A stretch of 64,000 nucleotides of DNA from Azolla caroliniana (GCA_043228905.1 JBHGNT010000008.1:1922001-1986000), one strand, 5' to 3'; counted from the stretch's first letter, positions 50,190 through 64,000 are shown. Made by a program: numbers and translations. The notes: generated by a model from the letters alone, not told the origin.

Positions 50190-52823
50190 ATGGAGACCTT
50201 GCTCCCCCTCTCCTTCACTTCCTCATCCTCCTCTTCTTCTTCTCCTTCTCCTTCTCCTTCCCCTTCTTCTTCCACACTCTCTTCCTCCTTCCTCCCCACC
50301 CACCGCAGTCTCAAGCTCGGATTCGCCAGTAACAGACTCAAACGATCCTCCCCTGCCCCTTCTGTTCGAGCTTCTGCTTCGAAGCAGGAATCAGGGCCCC
50401 TCTCCCTCGCAAGCAAAGGCCTTGCTGCTCTCGCTCTCTCCGCTGCTCTCCAGTTCGCCCCTTCTCCTTCTCCTTCTCCTTCGCCATTTCTCTTCCTTCC
50501 TCAGCAGCAGCAAGCAAGCGCCTCGGAGTTCAACCTTCTCAGCGATGGCCCCCCCAAGAGTACCTATGTCGTGGATGATGCTGGGGTCCTGAACAGAGTC
50601 ACGCGCACAGATCTCAGGAACTTGCTCTCCGAACTGGAAGAAGTCAAAGGTTTCCACATCGATTTTGTCACGCTCAGGAAACTTACTGTGAGTTATTCAG
50701 TTCCTCTGCAAGAGAGAGAGAGAGCTCATTTCTTTCATTTTGGTGGTGCCTTGATGCCTTCTAGGGGCTAGATTTCCATTGTTTCTGTCATCAAATTGCT
50801 CATTCGAAGGACTATGAGGTATATATTTATACCTGTTTAGAAATGCATCAGAATCTTCATCAGACAGGTAGTGCTGTTAGTTCTAAGGAGAAACATTGGA
50901 GGAAGGAAATGGGTCTTTGAGAGTGAGGGAGAAGGGCATGTATCTTTGCAAATCGTTGATCGGAAAAATTCATTAATCATGTAGGAGCTAGATTTTTATA
51001 GCTCCTCTAGAATGAATGGGAGCAAGACAGATTTCTGTATACATGTGCCAACATATCCATTATGCAACCAGACCGCTTGGTTCATTTGGTATTTCTTCAT
51101 ACCATCGGTATAGTCCATAATGATTATCTTTGTATAACTTGTTGATAATTGATGAGGCAAATTTGGACTTGGATGTGATGTTGAAGTCTTTCCGAAAACA
51201 TTGCTCATTTGAATCACCGAATGATTCTACTCTGTTCTTGATCTCACCGATATTTGCCAAATAGAATAGCCCTTTGAATGAAGACCGGTTTTTTGAAATA
51301 TGAACAAGAGAACTTTTTATAGACTGCAATATTTTGGATCATCTGCTATTCCATCTGGAAGATTTCAGAGGCCATTCATTTGGTTTAGCCTTGGGCTAAG
51401 TTTTAAAGAATGCATATATGTTCTTCTCATTCAAGCTCTTATTGTTTGTCTTCAACAGATAGAAGACAAGCTTAGTTTTGTACTAATATTTTCAGCTGAG
51501 AGGCTTCCTAATTCAAAGACTAAGGATATCCTAATTCCATGTGATTTGGGATGGATTCAGGCTAGATAAGGTCCACTACTTATTCGATAGCCTTTGTGTT
51601 TGTTAACCCCTGATAATGTAGTTACACATATGCTTAGAAAATCATATAAGATTCCGATTTTTTGGAGTAATAAACAGGGCAGAGGTCAGTTGTTATTTGT
51701 TACACATTATAGTGGAAATCTGAAAGAAAGTGGTGACTTATACATTGATACTATTTCAATTATTTTAATGTGCTTAAATTAGGTCTAGTTGGAATAATGT
51801 AGCAGATAAACCAATTGTGCTAGAGATTCTGAAATCCTTACATTAATATTCTCTCTATTATGCTTTTCTTTTGCAGACGAAGGCTGATATATTTGAGTTT
51901 GCTGATCAATTACTTGAGAAGTGGTACCCAAGCCTAGAGGAAGGAAATAACAAGGGATTGGTCCTCCTGGTCACAACCCAAAAGGAAGGCGCAGTCACAG
52001 GAGGCCCTGCATTTATCAAAGCTGTTGGCGACAAGGTCTTAGAAGGTGTTGTTGCAGAAAATTTGCCCGGTATGTGATTAAAATACATCATCAAACCAAG
52101 TACTTGGTTTAGTATGCTAAAATAGATGCTGCATAAACTAGATAATTTGCACAGTGTGCTATATTAGATACCTCAAAAATCATCTATTTTCCTCATATGT
52201 TATCTGATACCTCATGAAAGCAGCTAATTTCCCTATTACGATATTCGCGACCTCAATAAGCTACTTATTTTCCTGATATACTATTAAAGCATATCACAGA
52301 AATACATATTATCATGCATAAAATGTGGCTTAATTTTGACATGCATCGAGCATGCATTTACTATGTTTAAACTTGCATTTCTTATGTTTGAAGTCATTAT
52401 CTCTCAGTCTCCATAATTAACCTTGTACAAACAGCCAAGCTGTTTGCTATATTATTAAATATACCTCACAGCTACTTGTCATGCACATGACCACACATTT
52501 GATATGTTGCAACTTGCATTCAACTTTGCATAAGTTAGATCTGGTCATCACACATACCTTCTTATATTACTGCAGTCCTAGCCACTGATGAGAAGTACAA
52601 TGAGGCCTTATATAGCAGTGCGAGAAGGCTTGTTGCAGCTATCGAGGGATTGGAAGATGCTGGTGGTCCAAAGTTTCAAGAGAATAAGAGGGAATCAAAT
52701 TTCAAAACAAAAGAAGAAACCGAGGAGAAGCGAGGCCAGTTCACAACTGTCGTTGGAGGCTTGCTTGTTATTGCGTTTGTGGTGCCAATGGCCCAATACT
52801 ATGCATATGTTTCAAAGAAGTGA
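50190..52823 (+). CDS. TLP18.3: Thylakoid lumen protein TLP18.3 / Psb32 (UPF0603, TPM domain), 312 aa; exons 50190-50687, 51877-52069, 52576-52823
   Basis: Ser-rich transit peptide, hydrophobic lumen signal ending ASA, then SEFNLLSDGPPKSTYVVDDAGVL...KADIFEFADQLLEKWYP...LATDEKYNEA...VVGGLLVIAFVVPMAQYYAYVSKK. Confidence 0.93.
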
Positions 52824-52943
52824 ATTTACGTTTGCCTCGTAACATCACCCTTATAATATCATTGTATATTGCAATGTTTTTCGTTGCATACTGCAATCTA
52901 TGGCAATATATTTTTTCATTTAACACCAACTTGTCTGTTGGAG

Positions 52944-53023
52944 TTTAGGAATACCTCAGGCTACTAATCTTCTATACCCATGATTTAGGAATACCTTGGG
53001 CAACTAATCTTCTATACCCATGA
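52944..53023. repeat. 2 x 40-bp tandem duplication in the 3' flank
   Basis: TTTAGGAATACCT..GGC.ACTAATCTTCTATACCCATGA occurs twice. Confidence 0.8.
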
Positions 53024-53828
53024 TCGTTAAAAAATTGGGACTTGGCTGACCAGGAATTGGTTCACAATCTAGTAATTGAATCCTTAGATGATTGTGATGA
53101 TGGCAGATGCCTATATTAGTGAAATGATGATGAAGCAATCTCTATAGATATCCCAACCACCCATCCTAATATCAAACGTCAACCTTATATTAGCACTAAC
53201 GTGTGATGCAAAGCCAATGAAGGGCTTCTCGAGAGACCACCTTCAAAGCTTCAAGCATTTCAAGCCATTCTAAATGAAAGAGGGTTACAAGGATTTCTCT
53301 CCTTGAACTTGAATCGAATCAAAATCTTGTAAATATCTAGCACTATCTTTGTAGAATCTATGAGAAGTAAGAAGAGAACGTTTTTACCCAAATGGAGGAT
53401 ACTAAAAGAATATGTCATAGCAATTAGAAGGTAGTCATGCTTTATTTTGGAATTTCATTTGTGGTTTGATTATGATAATGCTCTAATCTTGCGCACCAAT
53501 TAAGGTCAATTAGAGGTTATTCAATTAGAAACTTCCTTGTATCTTATGTGAATTGAAAATTAGGGCAAGGTTTTCTGGAAGCTTTGATGGATGAATACCA
53601 TGAACTCCAATTCAATCAATTCATAGGTTTCTTCACATAATTTGATTGGTTATAGTATGAATTTGTTTACTAATTATTCAAGCATGGTACTATTGGTTGA
53701 ATTTAGAATCTTGATTCTCTGATTTAGTTTGTATTATAATTGAGAAGCTAAGAACCTAATAAGATTAGCAATGCCACCAAGATTCATAGTTAATCAACTA
53801 GTTTCATTATAATGTAAGATGTTCGAAA

Positions 53829-54734
53829 CATTGGACTAACTAGGGTGTCTAAACTTTGCATTTGAAAACCTATTGGAGATGGATATGGTCATTCAAGGGG
53901 CCAACTAAATTGATTCTCTTCAGATGGCTATTAGTGCATGTGGCATTACCAATAGGTCATTCATTGAAAGGGAATGTAACATCCAAGCTTAGGCAATGTG
54001 GTTTTTGCTATGCACTACAAGAGACTACCAAGCATGCCCTCTAGTCTTGTCCCTTGGCTCAACTAGTATGGAATAAAGTCCTTTATTTATTCCTAATGAT
54101 CAATATCGGTTGTCTCTTTTCATGAGGAGCGGCGATGTGGGAAGTTTTACATTCTAGCTTGATGTTGTGTAAGGCAGACGATGTTCACGAGGCCATGATG
54201 GTACATAATAGAAGATTGATATCAGTTAGTCCCTTTCGGCAACCTCGAAAGAAGGTGCGATCTGTCTAGGTCTTGAAAACAATGACTATGATAACGATAT
54301 GGGCATTATGGAAATGTTGCAGCAGATCTTTGTCTCTCAGATGTGTACTACTCAAGATATGGGAGAACATGTTGGCAGTAGTTCGTGGTTAGTATGACAA
54401 TATGCATGCTTCTCCAGAGAATGTTAATAAGAGAAGGAAGAAGCTTCTTCACTTATGGAGAAAATTGCCCCTCTTTGCAATGTCAGATCAAGGGCCGAGT
54501 CCATGGAACTATCGACTTCCATGGACCCTTTCTTGAATATCAGTACATCATGGCAGTGCACGTCAACAAATTTCAACACCCTTTACAATTTCCTATATTT
54601 GGCCTTAGGATTACTATACATCATTGTACATAAAAAAGTTGTAAGCTTCGGGGCAGATAAATCCAAGTTGTAGCCTTCACTGTTTTTTTCTTAATAATAT
54701 TGAAGCAAATCTCTCAAAAAAAATAAAAAATAAA
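53829..54734 (+). mobile_element. 5'-truncated L1-clade LINE with A-rich tail and 18-bp TSD
   Basis: zf-RVT (WIWSFKGPTKLILFRW...CGFC...ETTKHAL.SC); A-rich tail at ~54716-54734; TSD AATGTAAGATGTTCGAAA at 53811-53828 and 54735-54752. Confidence 0.88.
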
Positions 54735-54896
54735 AATGTAAGATGTTCGAAAATGAGGGTAGAAATTGAAGCAAAGATCATGCTCATGAAATTGTTTCAG
54801 TGTGCATGGAGAAATAGAGAAGCGAGAAATTTGGGTCTTGAACCCAAGATGCAGAGTTAGTTATTAGGTTGACAACTTATCACTAGGTAAGGTAAT

Positions 54897-55165
54897 TGTC
54901 ACAGACACACCAATTGCGAACTTGGATAGAGCACGTATGATGGGGCTATGAGCATGGAACTTAAGAAGCTAGGAATGACACAAAACCCTAAACCCTAAAC
55001 CCTAAACCCTAAACCCTAAACCCTAAACCCTGCTAGACTATATAATACTAAACCTTTATATACAAATGCATGCTTATATCAAAATGGTTGAGCATGACAT
55101 CTTGTTGATTTAAGGTTGTCGGTTCAATCCTCACCAACTATGTATTATGTCATTGTGTCGTGACA
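54897..55165. mobile_element. Solo-LTR-like unit with inverted termini, telomeric tract and tRNA-like cassette
   Basis: Termini TGTCACAGACACA / TGTGTCGTGACA; no clear TSD. Confidence 0.45.
54983..55031 (-). repeat. Interstitial telomeric repeat (TTTAGGG)7
   Basis: Seven perfect AAACCCT units. Confidence 0.92.
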
Positions 55166-55190
55166 ATCATTGCAATTTGAGAGAGAGAGA

Positions 55191-56904
55191 TTTGGACTGT
55201 TTAGGATGGCAAGGATCCGTGGTGAAGCAAGGCTCTATTTTTTCGACACTTGGGGTATCCATTGAGAATGAATGTTATGTCAAATGGTCAATTGATTGAA
55301 TGGATGTCTAGTAAGTTAAGCGATAAGTTCATGTATTGGAAGTCATAATCTTGGTCGTTTCATGTACGCTTGAAGGTTGTACAATGTATTATGGAACCCA
55401 TGATAAATTATATTACTTGCCATTATTGCCATGGACAAAGAAGGCTTTGCATTTTGCTTTGCAACCACCTCTTTGATATTTGTTGTGGAAGAAGAGGGAT
55501 AAGATAGGAATCACATGGGTTGTGTGGAATCATCTACCAACCCCCAAGCGCTTGGGGGGAGTTAGAATATTGGACTTATCAATGCATTTGATGGCTCGTA
55601 TATTTTCATTATTACAAGGCACGTGTTCAGACTCACAACCATGGATATCTATTATTCAATATTTCATTGAGAACAAGAGTTTAACACATGGAAGGACAAC
55701 GATTAAGACTTCATGGTGGCAATTACTGAAAGGATGTATTTCACTTAAGATTCCAGGCTCTTCATGTGTTCAACGCTTAGTTATCTCATGGCAAGAAGCC
55801 CTCTTGTTATGTGTATGGAAACCATCACCTAGTAGAGAACATTGTAATTCTTTACAAGAGGGTGAAAGCACATTACGGTGTACCAAATAAGAGTTACTTG
55901 TGTCTTCTCGATTATAATTATGTTGGCCAGGAAATGAGAGATTGTGCTCTCTATTTAATTATTTGTTTCATTTGGGGGTCAAAGAGGTGGGAGATATAGT
56001 TGAGGCTCCATCTCAAAGAATTTTGGAGTTTGTCTAAGTGCCTAATTCTTACTCATCCCGCCTAATTATTACTCATTTTTTCTTAATAATATTGCATTGA
56101 TGCAAGGTCCTTTACCTCTACAAACAGGAGAGCAATCATGGATTGATTGGTGTTAATGGGGTCAGATGTCGTTGTTGCAAGTTACGACTAAGTTTTTGTA
56201 TCATTGCTTCATTAAGTCTCTTGGATGACTATCATCTAAGGCAGAATAAGAATGGAAAATACACAATTTAATCTAATCATGGGTGGTGGCGGATCTTAAA
56301 ACGTACTTGATATTCTAAATTGCCACTTATAGCAAAGGTCTTCATTTAGAGACTTTTTATTGGGGGATTGCCTCTAGAATTAACTCTAAAGTGTCGTGGA
56401 CTAGTAACTACTAATTGCATCTTTTGCACTATTCAAATGGAAGATAGTACTCATCATTTTATACAATGTTTGATTGCTTGTTTGTGGAGTCACATTTCTC
56501 AAATTTGGCAAGTTTTATCATGGCGTTATTTGATGCCTAGACAATGGGTGTTGCACAATTTACACACATTGACTCAAAATGAGAGATGGAGATCGTTTTC
56601 CTATTTCTGAGATATTGGGGATTACGTCATAATTGGGATATGGGCAATGTTTTTGTATTTGATGATAGGCATGGAGTGAAAGCATATCTGCGAAAGTTGA
56701 AGGTAGTTCTAATGTGATCATTTTCTTTATTGGAGCAAGTGGAAATTCTTTCCTCAGTGGAGTGTTCGTCTTGCTTATTGGCAATTCAATATGTTACACT
56801 ACTATTGTAGTGTAGTTAGTGGGTGATCATACTCCATTGTGACACCCATTGTAAGTAGTGTTTTTCACACACTTTTATTAATATAATTGTGTGTTTTCAC
56901 CAAA
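55191..56904 (+). mobile_element. Decayed L1-clade LINE 3' fragment between (GA)n tracts
   Basis: WVVWNHLPTPKRLGGVRILDL (post-RT motif) and zf-RVT CIFC...EDSTHHFIQC; many stops. Confidence 0.75.
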
Positions 56905-56924
56905 GAGAGAGAGAGAGAGCACAA

Positions 56925-56995
56925 ATGGATGCAGCTCAGTTGGTAAGGTTGCCCAATGGTTTCCCAGAGGCCATGGGTTTAACCCTTACATTCCA
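56925..56995 (+). other. Degenerate tRNA-derived sequence (SINE head or tRNA pseudogene)
   Basis: A-box CAGCTCAGTTGG and decayed B-box GGTTTAACC at tRNA spacing. Confidence 0.45.
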
Positions 56996-57279
56996 CAATG
57001 AGTTCTTGAGGTATTGGGGGCAATGGTTCAATTGGAATACGCGGAATGCCTTCATTTTTTATTTGCAAGTTGGGGTGAGAAAACATGTGGCAATTGACGG
57101 TGCTAGAGAAGTCACGAAATCTCAACTAGGAAGAGAGAGAACTCTGCAAGGTTACGTATCATCATATTCGCCATTTGAATTGGTGTGTAGGGTGGCATTG
57201 AGTTTGGAGTCGTAGTAATCTTTAGATCCCTAGATAGATAGAAGGGTTCTATACTTTTGTAGTAAGTTAGTCATGGTGG

Positions 57280-57900
57280 TGTTGTTGCAATCAAGAGTGC
57301 ACATTGTGGTTTTACGATAAATTCGTGCAAGGATTGGGCTTGGTTGAAGATGTGTGGAAAGCATGGCCAAATATGATCAAAAGTAGAACATTGTATCAAA
57401 GTATGATACTCATGCTTTCAAACTTGTTTAGGGCAAAGTGTGTATAGTTGATCACTCTCATTACTTGTGCCCCAATGCCCCGTCTCACATCGCAATGCAT
57501 GTGAACTAAGTCGCATGGAAGCAATGGTTCGAATGGTAGACAACGGGATGAGCTCTAACATGTATTGATGTGTACGGTTTCTTGTTCTGTGAAGAATATG
57601 GTTTTGTAGTTAGGTGCAACATGTGTAGTATAATTTGTAAAGCGTGAGCCTCCAGATTTGTCCCATGTCATTATACATTGGTGTTGCACAAAGGCCTCAC
57701 TAATAGAGGAATCTAGTGATGCATCATGAAGCAAGTGTGTTGCATCCCATCTAGCAAACCATTTTTCCATATCTTGTACCAACCGAAACACAAAATTTTG
57801 CTTTTATGCGTTTTTTGGAACTTTTTGCTTGCTTCTCGGGCGGTTATAATTCCTAGAGCTTACAATAAATTTGAGGGGGAATCAAAACAAGGTAGAATAG
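57280..57900 (-). mobile_element. Decayed non-L1 LINE (L2/RTE-X-like) 3' fragment
   Basis: IASMRLSSHALRCETGHW...LYTLCP...EYHTLIQC, resembling the C-terminal zinc-finger motif of such LINEs. Edges approximate. Confidence 0.6.
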
Positions 57901-60900
57901 GTTATTTACTATCATTAAGCCTTTTACATAAGGCATGAGAAGTGGAAATATGGGCACTTGAATTCCAAAAACAATGAACTCTCTTGCTCATTTTATACCA
58001 TGAAGCACTCTCTAAAGCTCCTTGTCGGATATAAATAATAATGCCTCTTTTAGCGCGACACCGCTTTTTCGTTTAGCATGCACTTGATCTTATCCTTTTA
58101 CGGACACCAATTGCTAGTAAAATGCTCGCTAACATACTCACATTTATTGTTAGATTCATTACCATCACATATGCATTATTGTCATTTCCCTTCTATTGCC
58201 CATAACAAGGTTCTAACTCTTGACCTTATTGTCCAAGTGATTAACTCTTATCTCCTTCCAACTATATCAAGAACCTTAACCTATAGTAAACTTGGCATTC
58301 AACCACTTTTCTTCCTTTGCACGCGCCACATCACAACACCATGACACAACCTTGATAGAGAGATAGAACTTTGACCAAGAGCTATGTGTGTGCTCAATGC
58401 AGTGCGTGTAATTTTGAGGTTGCATTGATATTGTGATGGGTAGCAACAATAAGAAGGACCATTTATTCATAGCATGATACTTGCTAATTACATATAATAA
58501 TAATTCTCCTTGGGATGGTTTAGCTTAAAGACCATTTCTTTAATTCCAACCTAGTAAGCATAATCTAACGATTGCCATGTGAGGTTTAAAAAGAGAAACT
58601 TGTAAGATTGTAACAATTAAAATCTAGAAAGAGCTCTTACAATCATTGCACATTTGTTTCATGGTTTGAGTTCCAAATAGTTTGTGTTTGCCATCGAAAC
58701 CAATAAAAGGATGGCTTGCCTATTCATATTATTAAGAAATGTTGAGAGGTTATTCATGATATGGAAGGATTTATTAATGTAATAGTAGCTTTCAATATCT
58801 TAATACTTCGGGATTGATGGATGATGCAGTAAAGTAGATGTGTAGACTGTTACGTTTAGAGGTGAGATATAATTTTATATTATAGTGGGAGGCAACTTGG
58901 TTATCTAGTTTTCGTTTTTCCACAATGAAGTACTGAACATTTGTGAATCACATGCATCCCATTGGAGTAAATACCACTACTTGTAACACCTTTCACATCA
59001 TCAAATATTCACCCTTATATCAACAATCTTCTTCATTAGAGTTAGGATTATCTTCTTGTATCTTTAGCACTTTGGCCCTTTACTTTTTTATAGGTATTTC
59101 TATGTACACAACTAGGTCCCTTTCACACTCATATTTCCCAACATTTGTGGAATTCTACGCTTCCTCTTATGTCTTCCTATCATGTAAACGCTAGACAAAC
59201 TTGTTATCGATTGTGATTTAGGTGCACAAGAGAGTTGTTTTTGCGTTCAATCATTGCATCATAATGAGCTTCTTGTTCTTCTAGTTCATGATGGAGGTGT
59301 GCATGTGTATCATTATTGCCCTTGCTATTTGTAAACTTTTGTCTAATTTGGTTTCCATACATGTCTTATAGTGATCCATTGTTTGTATGCTTCAGCCTAC
59401 CCATATTTACAAAGATGATCTACTTACCCTTTTAAAGAACGGTTGTTCACACAGAGAACACTTTCTGGCAGTGTTCGACATCCTTCTTTAACATCTGGTC
59501 ATAGCTTTTTAACGGTATAATAAGTGATAACTCCTATACAATGCCTATTTTTGTGTTCTCATTGATTATCTAGCTTCCCTATAGTAGATAGGTATAACAC
59601 TCGATGTATTGCCATGTACCTTTCCATATTCATGCTAATCGTGTGGCATTATACATGTTTGCATTATCCATAATATTCGTTTAAGAAAAGGACAGAAACC
59701 AACAATTTTTTCATGATTACCTCACGATTAAACAATATGTACACATCTTTACCTTTGCACGAGTAAATTCCAACTACCCCATGTACTAGATAATGTTCAA
59801 TGTTTTCTTAGCCTCTTTATATGCTACAATGATATTTTATAATGGCATAAGAAAACAAAGTTTGTCATGAGTTTGTGCATTGCATAGTTTTCTATGCAAT
59901 ATCTATAATTGTGATAATTTTGATGGTCATTCATAACCTTAGTTAGCATCAAGAATAACAATAGTCCTTGAGAATCCTATGTCACCTTAAGAAAGGGAAT
60001 GCATCCCAATGAGCTTGTGCAAGTTTAGACTTTTCAAACAATTCTAGTTGTTACAAAGTTTTATTTGTTTAGTATGGTTTACACACATTTCATATTAAGT
60101 ATAGTATTTAGTTGAAAGAGTTAGTTGTTCTCTTCGGAACGTCTCTAACTTATATGTCTAAGGATGTTATTGTATATGTGGTCATAGGCCAACTAGAGTA
60201 TGTTGAGGAAACTATAACACAAAATACTATATTATTCATGTCGTAAAATGTCAATAAAAGTATTGTTGCCTTCATAGATTAGGTCATTAGTGAGTAATCT
60301 TCGTTTTCACTTATCTTAAATTGAATGTGGATGTGCATTGCATGGGTGATATGGAAAAAGTATCCATCTATCTCTACTTGGTAGATAGATAAGATACATC
60401 TAATAGACATCGTGGCAAGTTTTGATTTGAGTTTTTTCCCTAGAACAGTAATCCGCAAATTTGTCAAATATGCATTATCCTTTACTTTTGTCTATCCTGA
60501 TAAGGGCCTAAGGAGTGAAGTTCAAATGTCTCACTAAAAACACCCCTCAAGAGTTTTTTGACAACAAAAAAACATTGCGATAGAAAGTAATAAGTAAGGT
60601 GCAACTTGTATATATATTTTAGAACTTAATGTTCAATCAATCTATATGATGATAATTAATCTTATGCATGGAAATATTTCATTTTAATAGACCATCAATC
60701 ACCCTTGTTTTGTTATAAATGTGTAAAACGTATAATATAGAATCTTTAGAAGGGTGATCATAGTATTGTAACATAGCGAGACATTTTAGGGTTTGTTATG
60801 CACCTTCGTTTTGTTTGAATCAATTAAAAAGGATATCAAAGACAATAAAAATGCATACATAGTTTGGGAGAAACTATTTGAGTTGTTAAGCATCCTTTTA

Positions 60901-62519
60901 GGGCAAGCTCTTTTCAGTTACATTTTCGTCTTCAATGATGATTTGATTATTAACTTATCAGGCCTCATATTTAGTAAATAATGTAACAAAATTGATTTGA
61001 TTCATAACTTATGTAAATATATGAATATCGTGTGTTTTAAGTGCATAGAGAGAAAATGTGCATGTGGACAACTTGCCAAGGGATAAATTGTGTCACGGTG
61101 TTTGATACTTAAATCATGTTTGGATAAGACATTTCAGTATATGAGGGTTTAAATATGCCACTTCGGTTCAATAGGAATTAGATAATATGGATTGTTTGAG
61201 TACATGTTGAAACTTGTTCGTGAATATAATACAATCCAAAATAGATAGCAAGGTTAATGCACAAAACTTAATGTCTTGTTATTTTGCCTCTTGGTGGAAA
61301 AGGTCGGCTAAACGACTATATCTCAATGGAAGTATGAAAATATGTATTGGTAAGTCAATTTCTAGTGCGAGTGTAGGATTTTCTAGTTCCCCGAGTCTAC
61401 AAGTAGTGGTGCCAATAACTTATGGGAAGTAGATCTTTTGTTTGTCTATGGTTTCCTAAAAGTGTTTCTAGAGGAGCAATATGTCTTGACTCATGCCATG
61501 CCAATCAAAGCATTTCATGATATCCATGATATCTTTAAGGATAGGATTTAAAGTATGGAGTCTTTAGTAAGTCCATTGACTTGTAGCATAATATCTTTGT
61601 GAATTATTCCATGTTGAAATCATTCACAACATTTAGAGTGCATCTATGCTAGCAGGAAGCGAAAAAGGTGAATGGTTTTATATGCGGAGATGTTGGGTAT
61701 TTAAAAAATGTCGTTGTCTAAAATGTTAAGTGAAGATCTAAAGCTATCTAAAGGATTGTCATGTATGTGATAAGGTTCAATTGTTCATGAAACATGTCCT
61801 TAGGCGTATTACAAAAATGAATGGTTTTCCTTCAGTCAAACAAGAGATACTTACACTTTTTTTGTCTCACATTATTATTCTTATTGACAGAATAGACACA
61901 ATCCATGGGCACACGCATAGGTTTTCTAATGGTTGCTCTACACATTATCAAAGAAGATTAATACTAACACGAGTAGATTTTGTATGCAACATATAATGTT
62001 GTCTTGGGAGAAATTGAGATGATGATTATCTTTGGATTATAATCATATTATATACCACAAATGAGGTTCGACTTACATCATCTCTCATGTGGAAATACTT
62101 TTGACACATAGCATTGATCTCATGACTCTCATAAAAGCTGAGAAATAGACCATTTAAACATCCGATGTACTCTATTTCTTTGAGTTGAAATTTGAGAATC
62201 TTTATTGGAACTTGGGAAATATTGTATCTCAACTCACTGACTATTAATCGACTTCATTGTTGGGCTTATTTTTAATTCCTTATTACCATCTCCATTGACT
62301 CAGTTAAATTTCCATTTCTTTCCTCAATTACAATTGACGATGTTTTAGATAGATGAATGGTTTGAGTTTTCAAAGTCTGATAATAAAGCTCTAGCATGCA
62401 CTACATTTCTGAATGCTCCACTTTTTATAGGATATTTACTACTTAGAGGCGGAGGCCAAGTGTAACCTATGAAACCAAGAGTGAAACATCTTCATGCAAT
62501 ATGTGTGGAATTAAATATG

Positions 62520-63050
62520 GACTCTTAATGTTCAAGAGTTTTTCTAATGAAAGTTGCAATTGGGTGGGCTCATTCTATGTGGGATCAAACCAAATTAACA
62601 ATGTGTGGAAAGCAAACTTGGAAGTGATTAAAGTCAAAGCATTATTGCAGAATGTCATAGACTCCTGAACTATTCAAGGCAATTTGTGCATAATCAACTG
62701 AGATTCCTCATGTGTGCCCCAATGTCCCGGCTCACATCCAGTAAGTTGAGTTGTATGTAATTAATGATCTGGATGGTGTACAAAAGGATGGACTCTATCA
62801 TGCATGAGTGAAGAAGAAGAGGGTTTGGTAGTTGATGCAACAAATGTAATATGATGTGTAAAATCTAACCTTTCATATCTATCCCAACCCATGATATATA
62901 ATTGTTCCAAAAAAAACTAATCTACTAAGGAATCTATTGACACAATCATGAAGCAAGTGTAATGCATCCCATCTTCCAAACAATTGTCTTCCTATCTTTC
63001 ATCCATCCAAAACTCAAGAATTTTCGTTTTCATGTGTCATTTTAATATTT
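62520..63050 (-). mobile_element. Second, more decayed copy of the same LINE family (may extend further right)
   Basis: Shares TGTGCCCCAATG.CCCG.CTCACATC and CATGAAGCAAGTGT..TGCATCCCATCT with 57466-57760; encodes GCEPGHWGTH...LCTNC. Confidence 0.55.
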
Positions 63051-64000
63051 ATACTCGTTTCCCATTCAAGCATATGAAGTTTATGTGAAGGGTTTTGGCA
63101 TATTTGCACCTTTGGCTTGTACTCACTAACCTTGCCCATGCCCACGATCTCAATAGAGAATAAATGAATGAATGTGTGTGGTGTTTGCTCACACATATGT
63201 TATATGGACATAATAATAGGCCCCTACACAACTCACATGTTATTGGAATGAACAGTTGCACAACATTCCTTAGCACACGTTTTATCATCCTGGTAATTGA
63301 AATGAAACATCTATGGTCGTCATCCATCTTACACTAGAACTATGTTTAATGGGTCAACACTTTTCTTTCGATTTCATTTGGTATAAAAAGAGGTTGATAA
63401 TCTTGTGAAGATGTAAAGTTAGGAGAAATTTAAATGTATTTAGCTTTTTTGAGCTAATCCACTTGCCATTTTGCTCCAATATTTTCCAAGACTTACATTG
63501 TGCACCACCACACCTCTAGAATCAAACGATAACTACATGATTCTGGAAATTTTGGTGCGATAAATAGTAGAAGAAAGAAGCCTTACATAGAAGGAATTGC
63601 AAATGATTAAAAGTTATCATCTTATACCCATTGGTATGCCAAACTCATTTCACAACTCTAGATCATTTGAATTATGAATGTCATACAATACACTGATAGA
63701 TATCTCTAGGGTCAAGTAAAATGTCCATTATGGTTCAATTAGAAAGGAACCAGCTTTTATATTGGGGTGTATTTGTTCATAATTTGTTTTCACAATCTCG
63801 GGTCAAATGGTGTAACAACTTTGACATAAAAGAATGCGTAGTTAGAGTAAATCATTTCATGCATTCATTGAATCCGACTTTGCTTTTCTTAAATATTGAA
63901 AGTAGAGATTTTACTTGTGATCTTATGTTTAGTAGACATCATTTCACTTCCGGTACATCCTTATTCACTTTTTGGTTTCCTAAAGGCTCTAGATTGTGTT

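Noticed and set aside
57950-62450. Short AT-rich ORFs
   Set aside because: Stop-rich, CpG-poor sequence, probably old TE debris; no family could be supported by eye.

Overview
Eukaryotic plant nuclear DNA: GT-AG introns, Arabidopsis-type telomere repeats, and TE lineages that suggest a non-seed plant such as a fern or lycophyte (inference). Positions 1-24.3 kb are an LTR-retrotransposon cluster with four-level nesting: a decayed Ty1/copia, whose 5' LTR is split by a non-chromovirus Ty3/gypsy (tRNA-Trp PBS, 4-bp TSD), whose integrase is split by a self-priming Tcn1/Tf1-like chromovirus, whose gag is split by a gag-only non-autonomous element with apparently identical LTRs. Positions 27-53 kb are a gene island: two divergent metallothionein genes, a Sec63/ERDJ2 J-protein, tRNA-Ser(GCT), an O-fucosyltransferase-family gene and TLP18.3/Psb32. 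Positions 53.8-64 kb hold LINE remnants and an interstitial telomeric tract. Highlights: (i) antisense tRNA-like A-box/B-box cassettes in the U3 of two unrelated LTR families and in a third LTR-like unit; (ii) an 18-Cys three-domain metallothionein and a paralog lacking its first domain; (iii) two -1 frameshift/pseudoknot signals, one between protease and RT. All alignments were done by eye, so edges of decayed elements are approximate.
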